A stretch of DNA of 64,000 nt from Eledone cirrhosa. Lineage: Eukaryota. How positions within the stretch are numbered: the stretch's first letter is position 1; each line of letters begins with the position of its first letter. The stretch covers positions 73,780,001-73,844,000 of the forward strand of contig OZ024743.1 in the NCBI GenBank assembly GCA_964016885.1, written 5' to 3'. Below the pieces are notes generated by a model that did not search any database, was not told the origin of the DNA, and saw only the letters and a program-made list of their open reading frames with translations. Positions 11,700 through 26,163 of this stretch are shown here, piece by piece. The position numbers were made by a program, and so were the translations under genes.

Positions 11700-12121
11700 C
11701 GTCAATTCGGTTGACGTGTCAACCCTTTCCTATGGTCACGAATCTTGGGTAATAACCGAAAGAATACGATCGCTAATACAAGCGGCTGATATGAGATTCC
11801 TCCGAAGGGTCTTTGGAGTAACGTTACTCGATAGAGTGCGTAACTCGGAGATCAGAGAGTCACTCCATGTAGAGCGACTACTTCTCCGAATTGAGAGATC
11901 ACAGCTCCGATACTATGGGCATGTAGTTAGAATGTCTCAGGAAAGAATCTTACGTGTAACAACAACCAGGAGTAGACTCGAGCAAGATGGTTGGATAGCA
12001 TCCATGAGCTTGTTTGGTCTCACTTGGGGATCCAGCCAGATCAGTTGGAGACGGTTGCTGGAAGGAGTGCGTTTGAGGACTCTGCCCCTACGAACTTCCC
12101 AGGAATAAGTGGAAGAAGAAG
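11700..12121 (+). mobile_element. RTE-clade LINE, 3' fragment
   Basis: LSYGHESW, DMRFLRRVFGVTLLDRVRNSEIRESL, QLRYYGHVVRM; ends in GAAGAAGAAG. Confidence 0.9.
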
Positions 12122-12189
12122 TTTATATATATATATGCATATATATATATATATATATTATGTAAACTATATATATGTGTTTGTGTCTA

Positions 12190-12373
12190 TATTGTATCTG
12201 TATTATTTTTGACCGCCGGTCAGTCAATGGCAACATTGAGGACCGAGTAAGTTAGATCGCAGATATATATATATAAAAGACAGCGAGAAGCGAAAACCAA
12301 CCAAACAGTGAGTGTGTTCTGTTATTAATTCTGGCAATATTACGCAAATATGACCCTCCCCAAATATAACAAT
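12190..12373 (-). repeat. Dispersed (TA)n-embedded repeat, homologous to 23055-23236 and 22975-23045
   Basis: Shared CAAACAGTGAGTGTGTTCTGTTA..TTCTGGCAATATTA..AATATGACCCTCCC..TATAACAATA. Confidence 0.75.
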
Positions 12374-12436
12374 ATATATATATCATTATCTATAAAAGGC
12401 AGATTGTCGTTGTTGTTGTTGTTGTTGTTGTGTGTG

Positions 12437-12540
<104 letters not shown>

Positions 12541-12545
12541 GTGTG

Positions 12546-12587
<42 letters not shown>

Positions 12588-13002
12588 ATGTTCCATGTTT
12601 ATACATTTGCACAATTTCAAACCAATTCGACTCAATGTCTGTAAGTATGTTGTAAATCGTTTAACTTAAGTCAACGACTATGTATTTTTTCCCAAATCTC
12701 AATTACGGAAATAATCGATAAAACTAAATACACGACGCTTTATCCCTCTAATACAATCTAATTTCCTCTCTCTACTCCCCTTAAACATCGAAAAAATACA
12801 TACATGCTGCAACTTTCTCTTATATACGCTTAAAAACCCCTCCTTACAAACTTCCTTTAGGAACGCGGTAGAAAGAAGAGATAAAGAAATGAAGGAGAGA
12901 GAGAGAGAGAAAAAAAAAGAAAGGAGTGAACGAAGTGAACGAAGTGAGCGAGAGAGTGAGAGACCGAGAGATATAACGTTTGTTTCTGTGCGTGTTAGGA
13001 AC

Positions 13003-13591
13003 GTGACATTTATTTACTTCAATAACAACGAAGAGAACTTATTACATTTCATACCAAACAACAATTATTCAAAAGAAACAGATAAATTTATTCAACAACA
13101 ACAAAAATAGCGATAAATCTTTTTTTTTAAATCTCTCTACGAACGTGGAAGTTCTTTTTTAAAACATCTCTCAACAAACGTGAGAGAGACAGAGAGAACG
13201 TTTGTTTTCGAGTGTGGAACGGTCAAACATTTATTTACTTCAATGACAACGAAGAGAACTTATTACATTTCATACCAAACAACAATTATTCAAAAGCAAC
13301 AGATATATTTATTCGACAACAACAAAAAAATAGCGAAAAATCTTTTTTAAAACATCTCTCATCCAACGTGGAAGAAAGAAGAGAGAAACACACAGACACA
13401 CTCAGACACATGCTCAAACAGACACCCAAACACACACCCAAACACGCATACATAAACAAAGAAAGAAAGTAACAACGAAGAGAACTTATTACATTTCATA
13501 CCAAGCAACAATTATTCAAAAGCAACAGATAAATATACTCAACAACAAAAAAAAATAGCGAAAAATCTTTTTTAAAACATCTCTCATCCAA
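13003..13591 (+). repeat. Three imperfect direct repeats in the Helitron 5' region
   Basis: ACAACGAAGAGAACTTATTACATTTCATACCAA..CAATTATTCAAAAG at ~13025, ~13246 and ~13472. Confidence 0.9.
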
Positions 13592-13844
13592 CTCACACCC
13601 AATTACATTTTGTGTATAACATATTTAAACGTTTATTGATTAAAAAAAAAAAAAAATAGGGATTTTTGGCCAAAATACTTCCACTTGCTGACAGAAGCGC
13701 GCTTTCAATAAACTGTGAGTTATTTATTTGCCGTTCGTTCTCTCCCTTTTTTTCCCCCTGCGGAACGCCTCAAGTTTTCAGCCTTATACTTTCAGAGGCA
13801 ATTTTGCTGTAGAAGTAACTTTCACAATTTCTTTTTCACATAAA

Positions 13845-16800
13845 ATGCTACCTAAAAAGAGACGTCGCCTCGGTCGCCATACCGCGTCAGCGGTTGCGCT
13901 GAGGCTTCATACGACGCCTCGAGACTCGCTGCGATGTGCGATTCAGAGCGGGCGATACGTCATTCAAAAAACACCGCTTCTACTGCTGCTTCCAGGGCTT
14001 CAGAGGGTCCGGAATAAAGGTCGACTCGCCTGGCTAGAAACGCTGCTGCTACTGCTGCTTCCAGGGCCCGGAACAAGGGGCGACTCGCCTTGCTAGGAAC
14101 GCTGCGGCTCTGACTGCTTCCATGGCTTCTGAAGATGCAGACGGGCGGTCCATTAGGATTGCAAGGGTGGCTTCTGCTACTGCTGCTAGAGCTTCCCACG
14201 ACCCACAGGAGCAACGTTCTACGTTGGAGTGGAACAGTTGACGACGAGAAGCTGCCAGCCGTGTGACGAGCCCCAACAGCCCATACTGGCACCTACGGGC
14301 TTTCAAGTATGAGCCCAACGTTAACTACTCGATGCGCACCGACATAAATATAGGGGAAATGCGCTCCAATTGCCAATTCTGCAATGCTAAAAAGTGGGCT
14401 GCAATGTGCTGTTTAAACGGTAAGGTCAGCTTGCCCCCTCTTGGGGAACCGTCAGAGCCTTTGAAGGAAATACTTACTGGTTCTACTTCAAGGTCATCCA
14501 AATTCCTTCAACTTATCAGGAAGTACAACTGTGCGTTTCAAATGACTTCTTTCGGGGCTAACGTTGTCAGAGAAAGTGGTTGGATGCCTACTTTCAGGGT
14601 CCAGGGGCAGGTGTACCATCTTATTGGGTCACTCCAGCCACTACAAAATTGCAAGCCTTCGTTCCTTCAAATTTATTTCATTTCTAACTACAGTAGGCAA
14701 GTTGATACGCGGTTCGGCGTTATTCCAATACCTGCAAACACTGACGCTGACACTTTTGACAGGGACGTGTTGCTCAGTCTTCAAAACATGCTTCATGAGC
14801 ACAACAGTTATATTCGCAGTTTCAAATCCGCCTTGGAAACAACCCTTTCACCAAACTTCACTATTATCATCGATGCTGACAAAAGACCGTCTGAGGAGCA
14901 CGCACGCCGTTATAACGCTCCTTCGTGCAATGAAGTGGCCGTAGTTATCCATGGTGAACAGCACAATAAGCGAGACATAGTTCTTCAAAGCAGTCACAAT
15001 GGTCTTCGACGTATTAAAGATACGCATTGTTCATACGACGCCCTGCAGTATCCCCTTCTTTTGCATACGGAGAAGACGGGTACCATTTCGGCATTCCTCA
15101 GCGCAAACCAAACGAGCCCACTGCTGTGACATCTAAAACTGTTTCATGTATGGCTTTATACTCATACCGCTTCATGACGAGGCCTAACGATTTCAGCACC
15201 CTGCACAGGTCACGGGAACTGTTTCACCAGTTTGCAGTTGACATAGCTGCAAAGATGGAGTCGGAGAGACTGTGCTTCATAAAATTGAATCAGAAGCAGC
15301 TGCGCTCAGACTCCTACATCCATTTGCGTGACGGCATCAGGAATGACACTGACCCCCGGAACAGCGGCAAAATGTGCATTCTCTCCTCAACCTATACAGG
15401 GGGGGGGGGACGGTACATGCATGAGCGAACACAGGACGCTATGACGTCGTTCGGCATTACATTATGGGCGCCCCGATTTATTCATCACGTTTACGTGTAA
15501 CCCCAAGTGGGTTGAGGTTACGCGGGAACTTCTCCCAGGGCAGCAGTACTGCCATCGGCATGATATTATTGCCAGGGTTTTCAGGCAGAAGCTGGCTAAG
15601 CTAATTGATCTAATCAAAAAAGGGCAGGTTTTCCGGCCTGTTAGGTGCCACATGTATATTGTTAGGTGCCACATGTATATTGTTGTGTGGCAGAAGAGAG
15701 GGTTGCCACAGGCGCACATTTTGGTTTGGTTGGTCACCAAAATAGACCCTACGGTTCTAGATGACGTCATCGCAGCGGAAATACCGGACCCGGTTGTTGA
15801 CCGGCAGCTGTACGACATTGTGAAGGCACACATGGTGCACAGTCCGTGCGGTCCCGGTTTTCAAGAGTTCTCCTCATGCCACAAAGACCATGTGTGCACT
15901 AAACGATACCCAAAGAGGTTCGTTGAGGAGACCCAGACCGGCGGTGACAGATACTCACTGTACAGACGAAGGCGGCCTGAGAACGGTGGATTCACTATGA
16001 CGTTACGGGGTCATCAAGTTGATAATAGGTGGATGGTCCTGTACTGTCCATTTCTGATGAAAACTTTCAACGCTCATATAAATGTGGAGTTCTGTCATTC
16101 AGTGAAGTCAATAAAGTACATATGTAAATATGTTAACAAGGGTTCTGACGCTGCCATGTTCGGCCTTCAAAAGGACAATAGCAGGGACGAGGTGTCGGAG
16201 TTCTTGGCAGGTCGATATATCAGCAGCGGTGAAGCTTTTTGGCGGTTATGCGGGTTTCCGCTTCACCAAAGGCACCAAAGGTATCATACAACTAGCGGTT
16301 CATTTGGAAAATGGCCAGCGGGCTTACTTTACTGAACAGACTGTTGCTCATTTGGCGGCCAATCCAAAAGAAACAACTTTGACTGTTTTTTTTTACGCTT
16401 TGCCAACTTGATTCATTTGCCAAAACACTTTTATATCCTCAGGTCCCGTCCTACTACGTGTGGTCAAACAACACTTGGGTGCGTAGGAAGTCAGGTCAGG
16501 ATGTTGAAGGACATCCTGGTGTCAAGTTTGATAATTGTCTACGAAGAGTGTACACTGTAGCTCCTAACCAGCATGAGTGTTTTCACCTGCGTCTTCTTCT
16601 CCATGAGGTTTTTGGCCCACAAAGCTTTGGAGACATAAGAATTGTTGACGGTGAATTATGTGATACTTTCCGGGAAGCCTGCTTTAGGCGTGGCCTTTTG
16701 GAGGATGATTCACAATGGGGTGCCACTATGGCAGAGGGCGTTTTGTTGAAATCTCCGAAAAGACTAAGATCGCTTTTCGCTATTCTACTCCTATGGTGCG

Positions 16801-18432
16801 ACTTGGGTGATCCTGCATCTTTATGGCTTAGCTAAAAAGATTACATGTCTGAAGATTTCCTGCGTCACGCTCAGTTGCTAAACTCATCGATGGAGGTCGG
16901 GTACAGTGACCTCATTTACAACAGGGCGCTGCTTGAAATCAAAGATACTGTCTCGATATAGGCAGTAGTGCGTCGGCGGTGTATGGCCTACCTTCAACAA
17001 ACCGGGAAGGCGCAAACACTCTGTCTTCGGATTTGCTGCGTGAGACATCTTATAATTTTGACGAGCTTGCCCAGTACATAGCGGAGAATGAGCCAAAGCT
17101 CCTTCCAGAACAGAAATTCGCTTATAACTCCGTTGTTAATTCTGTCCGGGGCAAAGCTGGGGGGATATTTTTCCTGGACGCTCCTGGGGGGACTGGGAAA
17201 ACTTTTGTCATCAAATTAATATTAGCTGAGATTAGGCGAACAGAAGGCATTGCCTTAGCTGTGGCATCACCTGGAATTGAGGCAGGACAGCTCACTCCTC
17301 TTTCAAGCTCCCGCTTGACTTAGCGAAGACTGAGACACCCACTTGCAATATCCGATCAGGCAGAAGTGTTCAGACGATGCAAGCTTATCGTTTGGGACGA
17401 ATGCACGATGGCCCACAGAGGTGCTCTTGAGGCGCTAGATAGAACTCTGAGAGACATCAAAGACTCTACGGCTCCCATGGGAGGCAAAACACTTCTTCTT
17501 TCAGGAGACTTCAGGCAAACGCTTCCCGTTATTCCCAAGGGGACTAGAGCTGATGCAGTACGTGCGTGTCTTAAGTCATCCGCATTGTGGCCCCTGGTGA
17601 AGACTCTGAAACTTCACACTAACATGCGTGCTCATATGCGAGGTGATATCGCATCAGCAGCATTTTCTCACACCCTCCTTGCACTTGGCGAAGGCAAAAC
17701 GCCCGGGGATGAAGCAGGTAATATTGCCATCGACTCACTTTGTACCGTTGTTAGTACGCCTTCTGATCTCAGGGATGTAGTGTTCCCAGATCTCTAAGCA
17801 AATTATCGGAATATGGATTGGCTTGGCCAAAGGGCTATTCTGGCCCCGAGGAATAAAACTGTTAACCATATTAATGATCAAATGCTAAAACTCATTCCTG
17901 GAGTTGGCTACGTATATAAGTCTATCGATAGAACTCATGACCCGAGGACGTCATCAACTATCCAAAAGAGGTACTAAATTCCTTTGAGCTCCCCGGATTA
18001 CCCCCACACATTTTGAAACTTAAAGTTGGTGCCCCTATAATGCTCATTCGAAATTTGGTTCCACCGAAACAATGCAATGGCACACGTTTGGTCGTTAAGT
18101 CCTTAGCTCCCAATCTGATTGATGCCACGATAATCACAGGGTGCGGTCGGGGCATGGTGGTGCTCATATCGAGGATGCATCTTTTCCAATCAGGAGCAGA
18201 CCTACCTTTCACATTTCGGAGGTCCCAGTTCCCGGTCAGGCCATGCTTGGCAATTTCAATTAACAAAGCACAGGGGCAAACACTGTCTGTCGCGGGAATA
18301 CATTTGGGGGAGCCGTGTTTCTCTCGTGGTCAGCTTTACGTTGGCTGCTCGCGTGTGGGCAGCAAGAGTAATGCTTTCGCGTTCGTTCCGCAAGGAAAAA
18401 CAAAAAACATTGTCTACAAGGAGGTTTTATAG
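13845..18432 (+). pseudogene. Helitron Rep/helicase (RepHel), with many frameshifts and stops
   Basis: Zn-ribbon CQFC...CCLNG, FQMTSFG, YDALQYPLL, LFITFTCNPKW, QKRGLPQAHIL (motif 2, first His lost), KYICKYVNKGSD (motif 3), DAPGGTGKT (Walker A), IVWDEC, GDFRQ, QFPVR...INKAQGQTL, GQLYVGCSRV. Confidence 0.97.
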
Positions 18433-19254
18433 GATTACCTCGCTTCCTAATTTTATAACTTTTTTATTTTTTTATTTTTTGCCTTTTCGTGAGTACTTTC
18501 TAAGTAGGTTAACCTTCACTGCAGTGCACTGGACACTCCCCACCATCTGCCGTACGAAGGCTGATTCTCGAGGCGTTACAAAGCTTCATTGCAACTCCGA
18601 CCCTACTCAAATATCAGCTGTTGCTTCTCACCAACCCCCGTTTGGTGGGCCTCGGAGGACCGTGGATAGATTAGTATTTCACCTCCGTACGACTCTCAAA
18701 GGGTGAACAATGCTTTAATGACGGGATTTACATTTTTAGGCGGTTTCCTGCAATTACTTCACACTTCACCAACACCTGGCCTCCGATCAGCTCTATTTCC
18801 CTCCCTCCATCGGCACATCAGCAGGCTCATCTTCTACGCCCGACGTACATGATGCACCAACAATACAATGACGCCTCTTCCTCTTTTTTGGTTCTCATAA
18901 TTCGACAATGTTTTCAGGCCCCTGTTTGCGGTTCCCTCATTCCGCCCTCCTCCCCCGTTAAAACATGTCATGCAGAACAACTCCATCGCAGCTCTATTGT
19001 TCGGCTGGCATCGTCTACGCGCGTGTTGCGCAAGTACTGTGAAACAATAAATTTCAACACTTCTTTGCACAGAGATAATAACGATAGGCGAAACTACAAT
19101 TGTCACTGCTGGCGCAGCTCCTGCTTCGGCAGTCCAGGTCTGCAATTCATTCACCCAGTGCCTGGCAGACAAAAAAGTGCTGCCATAAAATGGGTGGTGC
19201 AACCTAACTTTGGTAACTTACTGACCCCGAGCAACGCCGGGCTTTAATGCTAGT

Positions 19255-19528
<274 letters not shown>

Positions 19529-20380
19529 ACGCGCGCGTGTGTGTGTGCGCGTGTGTGAGTGTGTGTGTGTGTGTTCGTCCTTATCAAATATGTGTATACT
19601 TATATTGGTCTATACAGATTATATTGAAACAAGTGGATTCTGTATGTTTTACATATTTCTCTATCTCTGTTCCTCTCTCCTCTCTGTCTGTATATGTGTA
19701 TATGTGTATATCTATATATATATGTGTGTGTATGTGTAAGTGTTTGTGTGCGTGTACGTGCATATATGTAAGTACATGCAAGATTTTCTTTTAAATACAT
19801 TCTTATATATAATCTGGAATATTCCAGCAAATGAGGATTCTAAGAAGTTGAAACAATAGGATAGTACCGTTCTCTGTTGCAGCACTGTTTTAGTCTACGC
19901 TAAGCCCACCCATGAAATTTACTCTTCTACTTTTTAATCCGAATTACATATATTTACAAACTAATCTCATTCTCTGTATTCGAATAAGTATTTAATAACA
20001 CGTACATATACATATACATACACATCTATATAGATACACACTCACATATACATATGTGTGGATATGTGTATATACCTACCATGTGTATATACCTACCATA
20101 CTCATATATACATATGTGTAGGTATGTGTGTATACCTACCATACACATACACTCATATAAATATACCTACTCATATATACAGATACACACACATATACGT
20201 TGACTTATACGTATATGTATATACCCTTACATATACATATATCTACACATATATACACACGTACCCATACAAATGCATAGACCTACACATATACATATAC
20301 CTACTCATATATACACACATACCCTTACATACACACACACATATATATACACCTATCCACACATATCCCCCCTTCACCCC

Positions 20381-20460
<80 letters not shown>

Positions 20461-20462
<2 letters not shown>

Positions 20463-20721
20463 GTGAAAGAGTGAAGAATAACATGGTCGACTGTACAAAA
20501 AGGGTTTTATTAAATTAAACCCTTTTTGTACAGCCGTCCATTCTATTCTTCACTCTTTCACTACTATTACTCCAAGAATGACCTGCATGGAAGTCTCGAA
20601 AACTCGCTTCCTAACTAAGGAAACCTCTTGTTGAGTCAAACAACGCCGTACGTTAAAACTATCCACAGTACAGAGTACTCACAATCTCTAACTGGATTAC
20701 CTAAAACGATAACTTGTTATT

Positions 20722-20724
<3 letters not shown>
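20461..20724. mobile_element. Short-arm/long-arm inverted element in (TA)n, resembling the PLE-B tail
   Basis: 20461-20508 is the inverse of 20516-20563. The long arm shares CTCTTT..TACTCCAAGA and AACTGGAT motifs with 5920-6095. Confidence 0.7.
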
Positions 20725-20781
<57 letters not shown>

Positions 20782-21482
20782 AAGTCTGTATGATGTATAG
20801 AGATTTATGGGTGCAGCAGGCTATGTCGAATTGTTAAGAATTACGCTACCAAAAAGTGGTGTTTCGGATTTGAACCCAGCTCCTGACATTTTACTAGACC
20901 TCCTTCTATTATATATTAGGGACCACCTAAAACTAGCCTTTGAAGTTGATTCAAACTGTGTGGAATCCCATTTCATGGATTGATCCTCTAATTCAAAGGA
21001 CTTCTTTTGAACCACACTGGATACAGCAAGCACCCTTCACAATCAATAGGTCTTGGGTTTGATTTCAATAAGAACAACTGGAATACTCATCTTCGCGACC
21101 GACGGAGGTTTATCAATTCCTTTAACGCGCAATGTTATACTGGGGCTATCTGAAGGTACACGTGACTGTGGAATAAACAGCCGCAATAAACAACCAATTG
21201 TTTTATTCGATAAATAGAATACTGTTGAATACGATGTTTTTAAATATATACGTATATATATATATATGGAATATATATACATATACATACATACATATAT
21301 ATATATATATATGTGTAAACCAAAGGGTTGGAGATTGACATAGAATGAGGGGAAAAAGAGAGAAAGATAGGGAAATGACGGTGAAAGCGAGAAAGAGAAA
21401 TTTCAATAATATCGATTAAATTAAAACCCTGCAAATACTTATGATTTTTAATCTTAATCCTTAATAATCTTACAGATACCCG

Positions 21483-21540
<58 letters not shown>

Positions 21541-21656
21541 GTGTGTGTGTGTGTATACATGCATATATTTAGTGAAGACATTTTAAGTTTATATATTAAG
21601 TTATTCTAAACAAATAACGTTAAATAGGAAAAAATAAGTTGAAGATGCACAAATGG

Positions 21657-21746
<90 letters not shown>

Positions 21747-21915
21747 GTGAAGTTTTTTTTAACAAAATGAAAAATAACCGAGGTGTCCTACACGAGTGAA
21801 AGTATAAAGAAAAAAAGATGAAATCGAAAATGCAACTTTAAAAAAAAAATATATATAAAAAAATATATATATAAAAATATATATATAAAAAAATATATAT
21901 ATATTTATTTGGTTC

Positions 21916-21951
21916 CTTTACCGGTTTCGCAGTTCTTCTGCTTTTCAAAAG
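21916..21951 (-). ncRNA. Minimal hammerhead, U3-A8 variant (inverted copy)
   Basis: Reverse complement of the motif at 22617-22652. Confidence 0.65.
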
Positions 21952-22616
21952 TAGAGTTGAGATGGGGGTGTCTGTGGTTTTTCTCACATCTGGTTAGTCT
22001 CTGAATGTTACTTGTTTTATATGGAAAAAGTGGCTCGATATGCCAGGTTTTTCGAGAAGTAATTTGATTGGTTGGTCAATAATTATAATAAATTTCGCGC
22101 CAGTTCGCGTTACAAAGTTCTTCAATAGAAAATCTGAATTCTGACACCCCAGTGAACTAACCATATTCACTGAACCAGAACAATTCTCCCATCCAATTTC
22201 TCTTGTCATAAAATTTACTTGTCATAAAATTCTCTAAAAATGCTACAGAATAGATTTCCAAATAAGGGCGCGAAATTTTAATGAAAACTTGTTCAAGTGA
22301 CAGCCATAATTTCATTTATAACCAATCAAATTACGTTTATTTAAAAAAAAGGCGCCGTGAGCCCCCATCCCCACTTTTTTTAAGTGAAAAGAAATTCAAA
22401 CACTCATATATGAAAAAACCACCTGTGACACCCCACCCCTTGTTTGAAGAACATTGTAACGCGAATTGGCGCGAAATTTATTATAATTATTGACCAACCA
22501 ATCAAATTACTTCTCGAAAAACCTGGCATTTCGAGCCACTTTTTCCATATAAAACAAGTAACATTCAGAGACCAACCAGATGTGAGAAAAACCACAGACC
22601 CTCCATCTCAACTCTA

Positions 22617-22652
22617 CTTTTGAAAAGCAGAAGAACTGCGAAACCGGTAAAG
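22617..22652 (+). ncRNA. Minimal type I hammerhead, U3-A8 variant (UUGAAAA)
   Basis: CTT-TTGAAAA-GCAG aagaa CTGC-GAAA-CCGG-TA-AAG; palindromic stem III ACCGGT. Confidence 0.65.
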
Positions 22653-22713
22653 GAACCAAATAAATATATATATTTTTTTAAAAATAAGACTCCAGTTGCA
22701 TTTTCGATTTCAT

Positions 22714-23271
<558 letters not shown>

Positions 23272-23489
23272 GCACATTTATAGAACACAAAAGAAATTAG
23301 TTCATAAAACATTATATTTCTCTTATCATGAATCATCATCTGTTACTTTGTACGGACCGGTTTCTGCTATTGTTACCCTTTCAAGGTATCATTTTCGATG
23401 TTTGATTTTCAATGTTTGATGTGTATTTTCTGTGCATTTAAACACAATAAAAAAGCATGAATAAAGGATCACTATTATTTGTAGAGTTA

Positions 23490-23685
23490 AAGGGCGGTGG
23501 ATTGGCAGTATCTGTAGAGGGTCGGACGCCATGCTTTGCAGCATAGAGTTACGCCCCTTTATGGTCTGAGTTCAAATCTCGCCGAGGTTAACTTTGCCTT
23601 TCATCCTTACGGGGTCGATAAAATAAAGTACCAGTAATACATAGGGGTACTTGCTGGCCTTGTGCCAAAAATAGGAACAATTATT
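23490..23685 (+). mobile_element. tRNA-derived CORE-type SINE (octopus OR-like), short-tail form
   Basis: A box TGGCAGTATCTG, B box GAGTTCAAATC, core CTTTGCCTTTCATCCTTACGGGGTCGATAAAATAAAGTACCAG, tail GCCTTGTGCCAAAAATAGGAACAATTATT. Confidence 0.8.
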
Positions 23686-24132
23686 TGTAGAGTTAAAATA
23701 ATACTTTCTATAGATAGTGTGTTGTATGACGGTGGACATATTACAATAGTTTTCAGTATTTTATACAACGCTTCAGCAGAGGCTTTACAGTGGGAATTAA
23801 ATTCATAAATTGCTGCAATTGTATGTCATATTCATAGTAATATATTAGGTTGTAACATACATTCCCGCCGTTCTTCTGGGGCAGGAAATAACGAAGTAAC
23901 AATCAAAGGAGAAAACAATTGCATCATGGATATTTCTTATTTTTCGTTGAACTATTTTTTTTTTTTTATTGAAATATTGTCACCATGGAAGTAGTTGAGT
24001 AATTGATGTTGCTAGACTTTTAAGTGAAAATTGTACGTATGAATATGTTCTTGTATTAGATTATCTAGTATAATAAAAAAAAAACAAAAAAAAATCTGCT
24101 GCAAGTTATTACAAATTAGAATACTATGTTAC

Positions 24133-24183
<51 letters not shown>

Positions 24184-24372
24184 AAACTGACAGTACATGC
24201 ATTGACAAAACTATTTATTCGGAAGCGGCCACTCTAATTGAGAACAACTGGACAAAGGCCGCCGCCGAATCAAGTATTTCCTATTTTCTATATTTTCTCT
24301 CCTTGCACCCTTTCAATTTGTATTACGATAATACCTTTATATGTTTACCATAATTCCTTTATCACAGGAGAC

Positions 24373-25012
24373 AAATCCCGGATTTTCAACAAGTAGATGA
24401 CTCGTAGCACGTGTTGCATTTAAAAAAAAATACACACATCGTACCGGCGTCATCCCAGTGGATATATATATATATTAATTATAAGGGACTATTGTGAATT
24501 TTTAACTCCGAGTTTGTAGCAGACGAGTCCTTTCAACTGAGTTAGCTCTACAATTAAGGGGCCGTATATATATCCACTGCAGAATATGCTCAAAGATTCC
24601 AATGAATAGATCCGAGCATTTTATATCAACTAGAAATTGATTGACATATATATATATCTAAAATAAACACATGAAACAATCACAGGGGATAATTTGTAAA
24701 GTGTGTAATCACACACAGCTAGGTAGGTAACTAATTAAAGTTTAACTAGAACTTCAAATATAGATACCTTTTAAAAGGATTAATCTTCCTTGTATATATT
24801 TCACCATTAATCGGTAAATCCCAGTAGTCAAATCCTGGATTTTCAACAAGGGAGAAGATTTAACTGTCTGTGTTTACACAGCTAATGCAAATCTGCGAAT
24901 GACCCGTAGCACGTGTTGCATTTTTTTAAAAATACACACATCGTACTAGCGTCATCCCAGTGGATATATATATATATATTAATTATAGGGGACTATTGTG
25001 AGTTTTTAACTC
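24373..25012. repeat. Two ~140-180-bp direct repeats (24373-24508, 24830-25012)
   Basis: AAATCC.GGATTTTCAACAAG...GTAGCACGTGTTGCATT...GGACTATTGTGA.TTTTTAACTC occurs twice; the second copy has ~40 extra bp. Confidence 0.85.
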
Positions 25013-25026
25013 AATACATACTTTTG

Positions 25027-25178
<152 letters not shown>

Positions 25179-25322
25179 GGGTTGACGGACCCAGCATATT
25201 TATCAATGCCAGTACCGGTTGTATCTCAGCGCACTCAATGGGCAATGTAAGATACATTACCAGAGTATACACATAGTTATTTGCCTCAACACAACACACG
25301 TAAAACGGGTGCCTATAAGGTT

Positions 25323-25431
25323 CCCAGACTCGAGTTTCTGCCGCACTAATGCACAGTAAGGTGCACTGCACCATCTGTCTGCATATATTATGCAACAATG
25401 CACAATCGGCTTATGCGGCTTCATCAGCGGG
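25323..25431 (-). ncRNA. Type I hammerhead, copy 1 (long loop II)
   Basis: CCCG-CTGATGA-A-GCCGCA...TGCGGC-A-GAAA-CTCGAG-TC-TGGG; palindromic stem III ACTCGAGT; GUC cleavage at 25327. Confidence 0.82.
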
Positions 25432-26163
25432 TATCGCCTAATCAATAACCAATCGATCGACAGAATCCAAACACCAGCCATTGCCGGTCATGTCTGTTTG
25501 TGATAACCGATACGGTAAAGCGATTAGCAACTGGCACCCGATAGGACTCTATCTCTCAACTAGCCACTGATTTACAAATTTTACGTGAGGACGGGAAGCA
25601 AAAATGAATCAATCATTTAGTTCCTGTCAGAAGATCTCAGTCAACGTGTCTCACGCAAATTATCAAGGAGTGAAAAGATGGCTATTAGAAATAGCAGTTC
25701 ACATTGATATAAAATAGAATGGTAGCATTTGGTTCATGTCTCCAAGCCCCATGGCTAGAGGAAAGCGATGGTAACAATGGTAGTGCCAAGAAGCTTTAAC
25801 GGACTTTAAACGCGATCATCCATTATATAACAATATAGTAGCGAGCTGAAATGTGTCAGCCACGTGCGAAGATAATCAGTCTAATTCACAACTTAAAAGA
25901 GTGAGAGACAAAATTAATAGCAGGAAAAAGAGTGCATATCAAAACAAAAACACAATAAAAAGTGAAAAATTGTTTAACTTACTCTCAATATTCCGCTAGT
26001 TGGGAGATAATAATAATAAGGGTTGACTGACCTAGCATATTTATCAATGCCAGTACCGGTTGTATCTCAGCGCACTCAATGGGAAATGTAAGATACATTA
26101 CCAGAATATACACATAGTTATTTGCCTCAACACAACACACGTAAAACGGGTGCCTATAAGGTT

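Noticed and set aside
23490-23590. tRNA genes suggested by A/B boxes (also 36398, 50170, 51844)
   Set aside because: No cloverleaf; these are SINE heads followed by SINE bodies.
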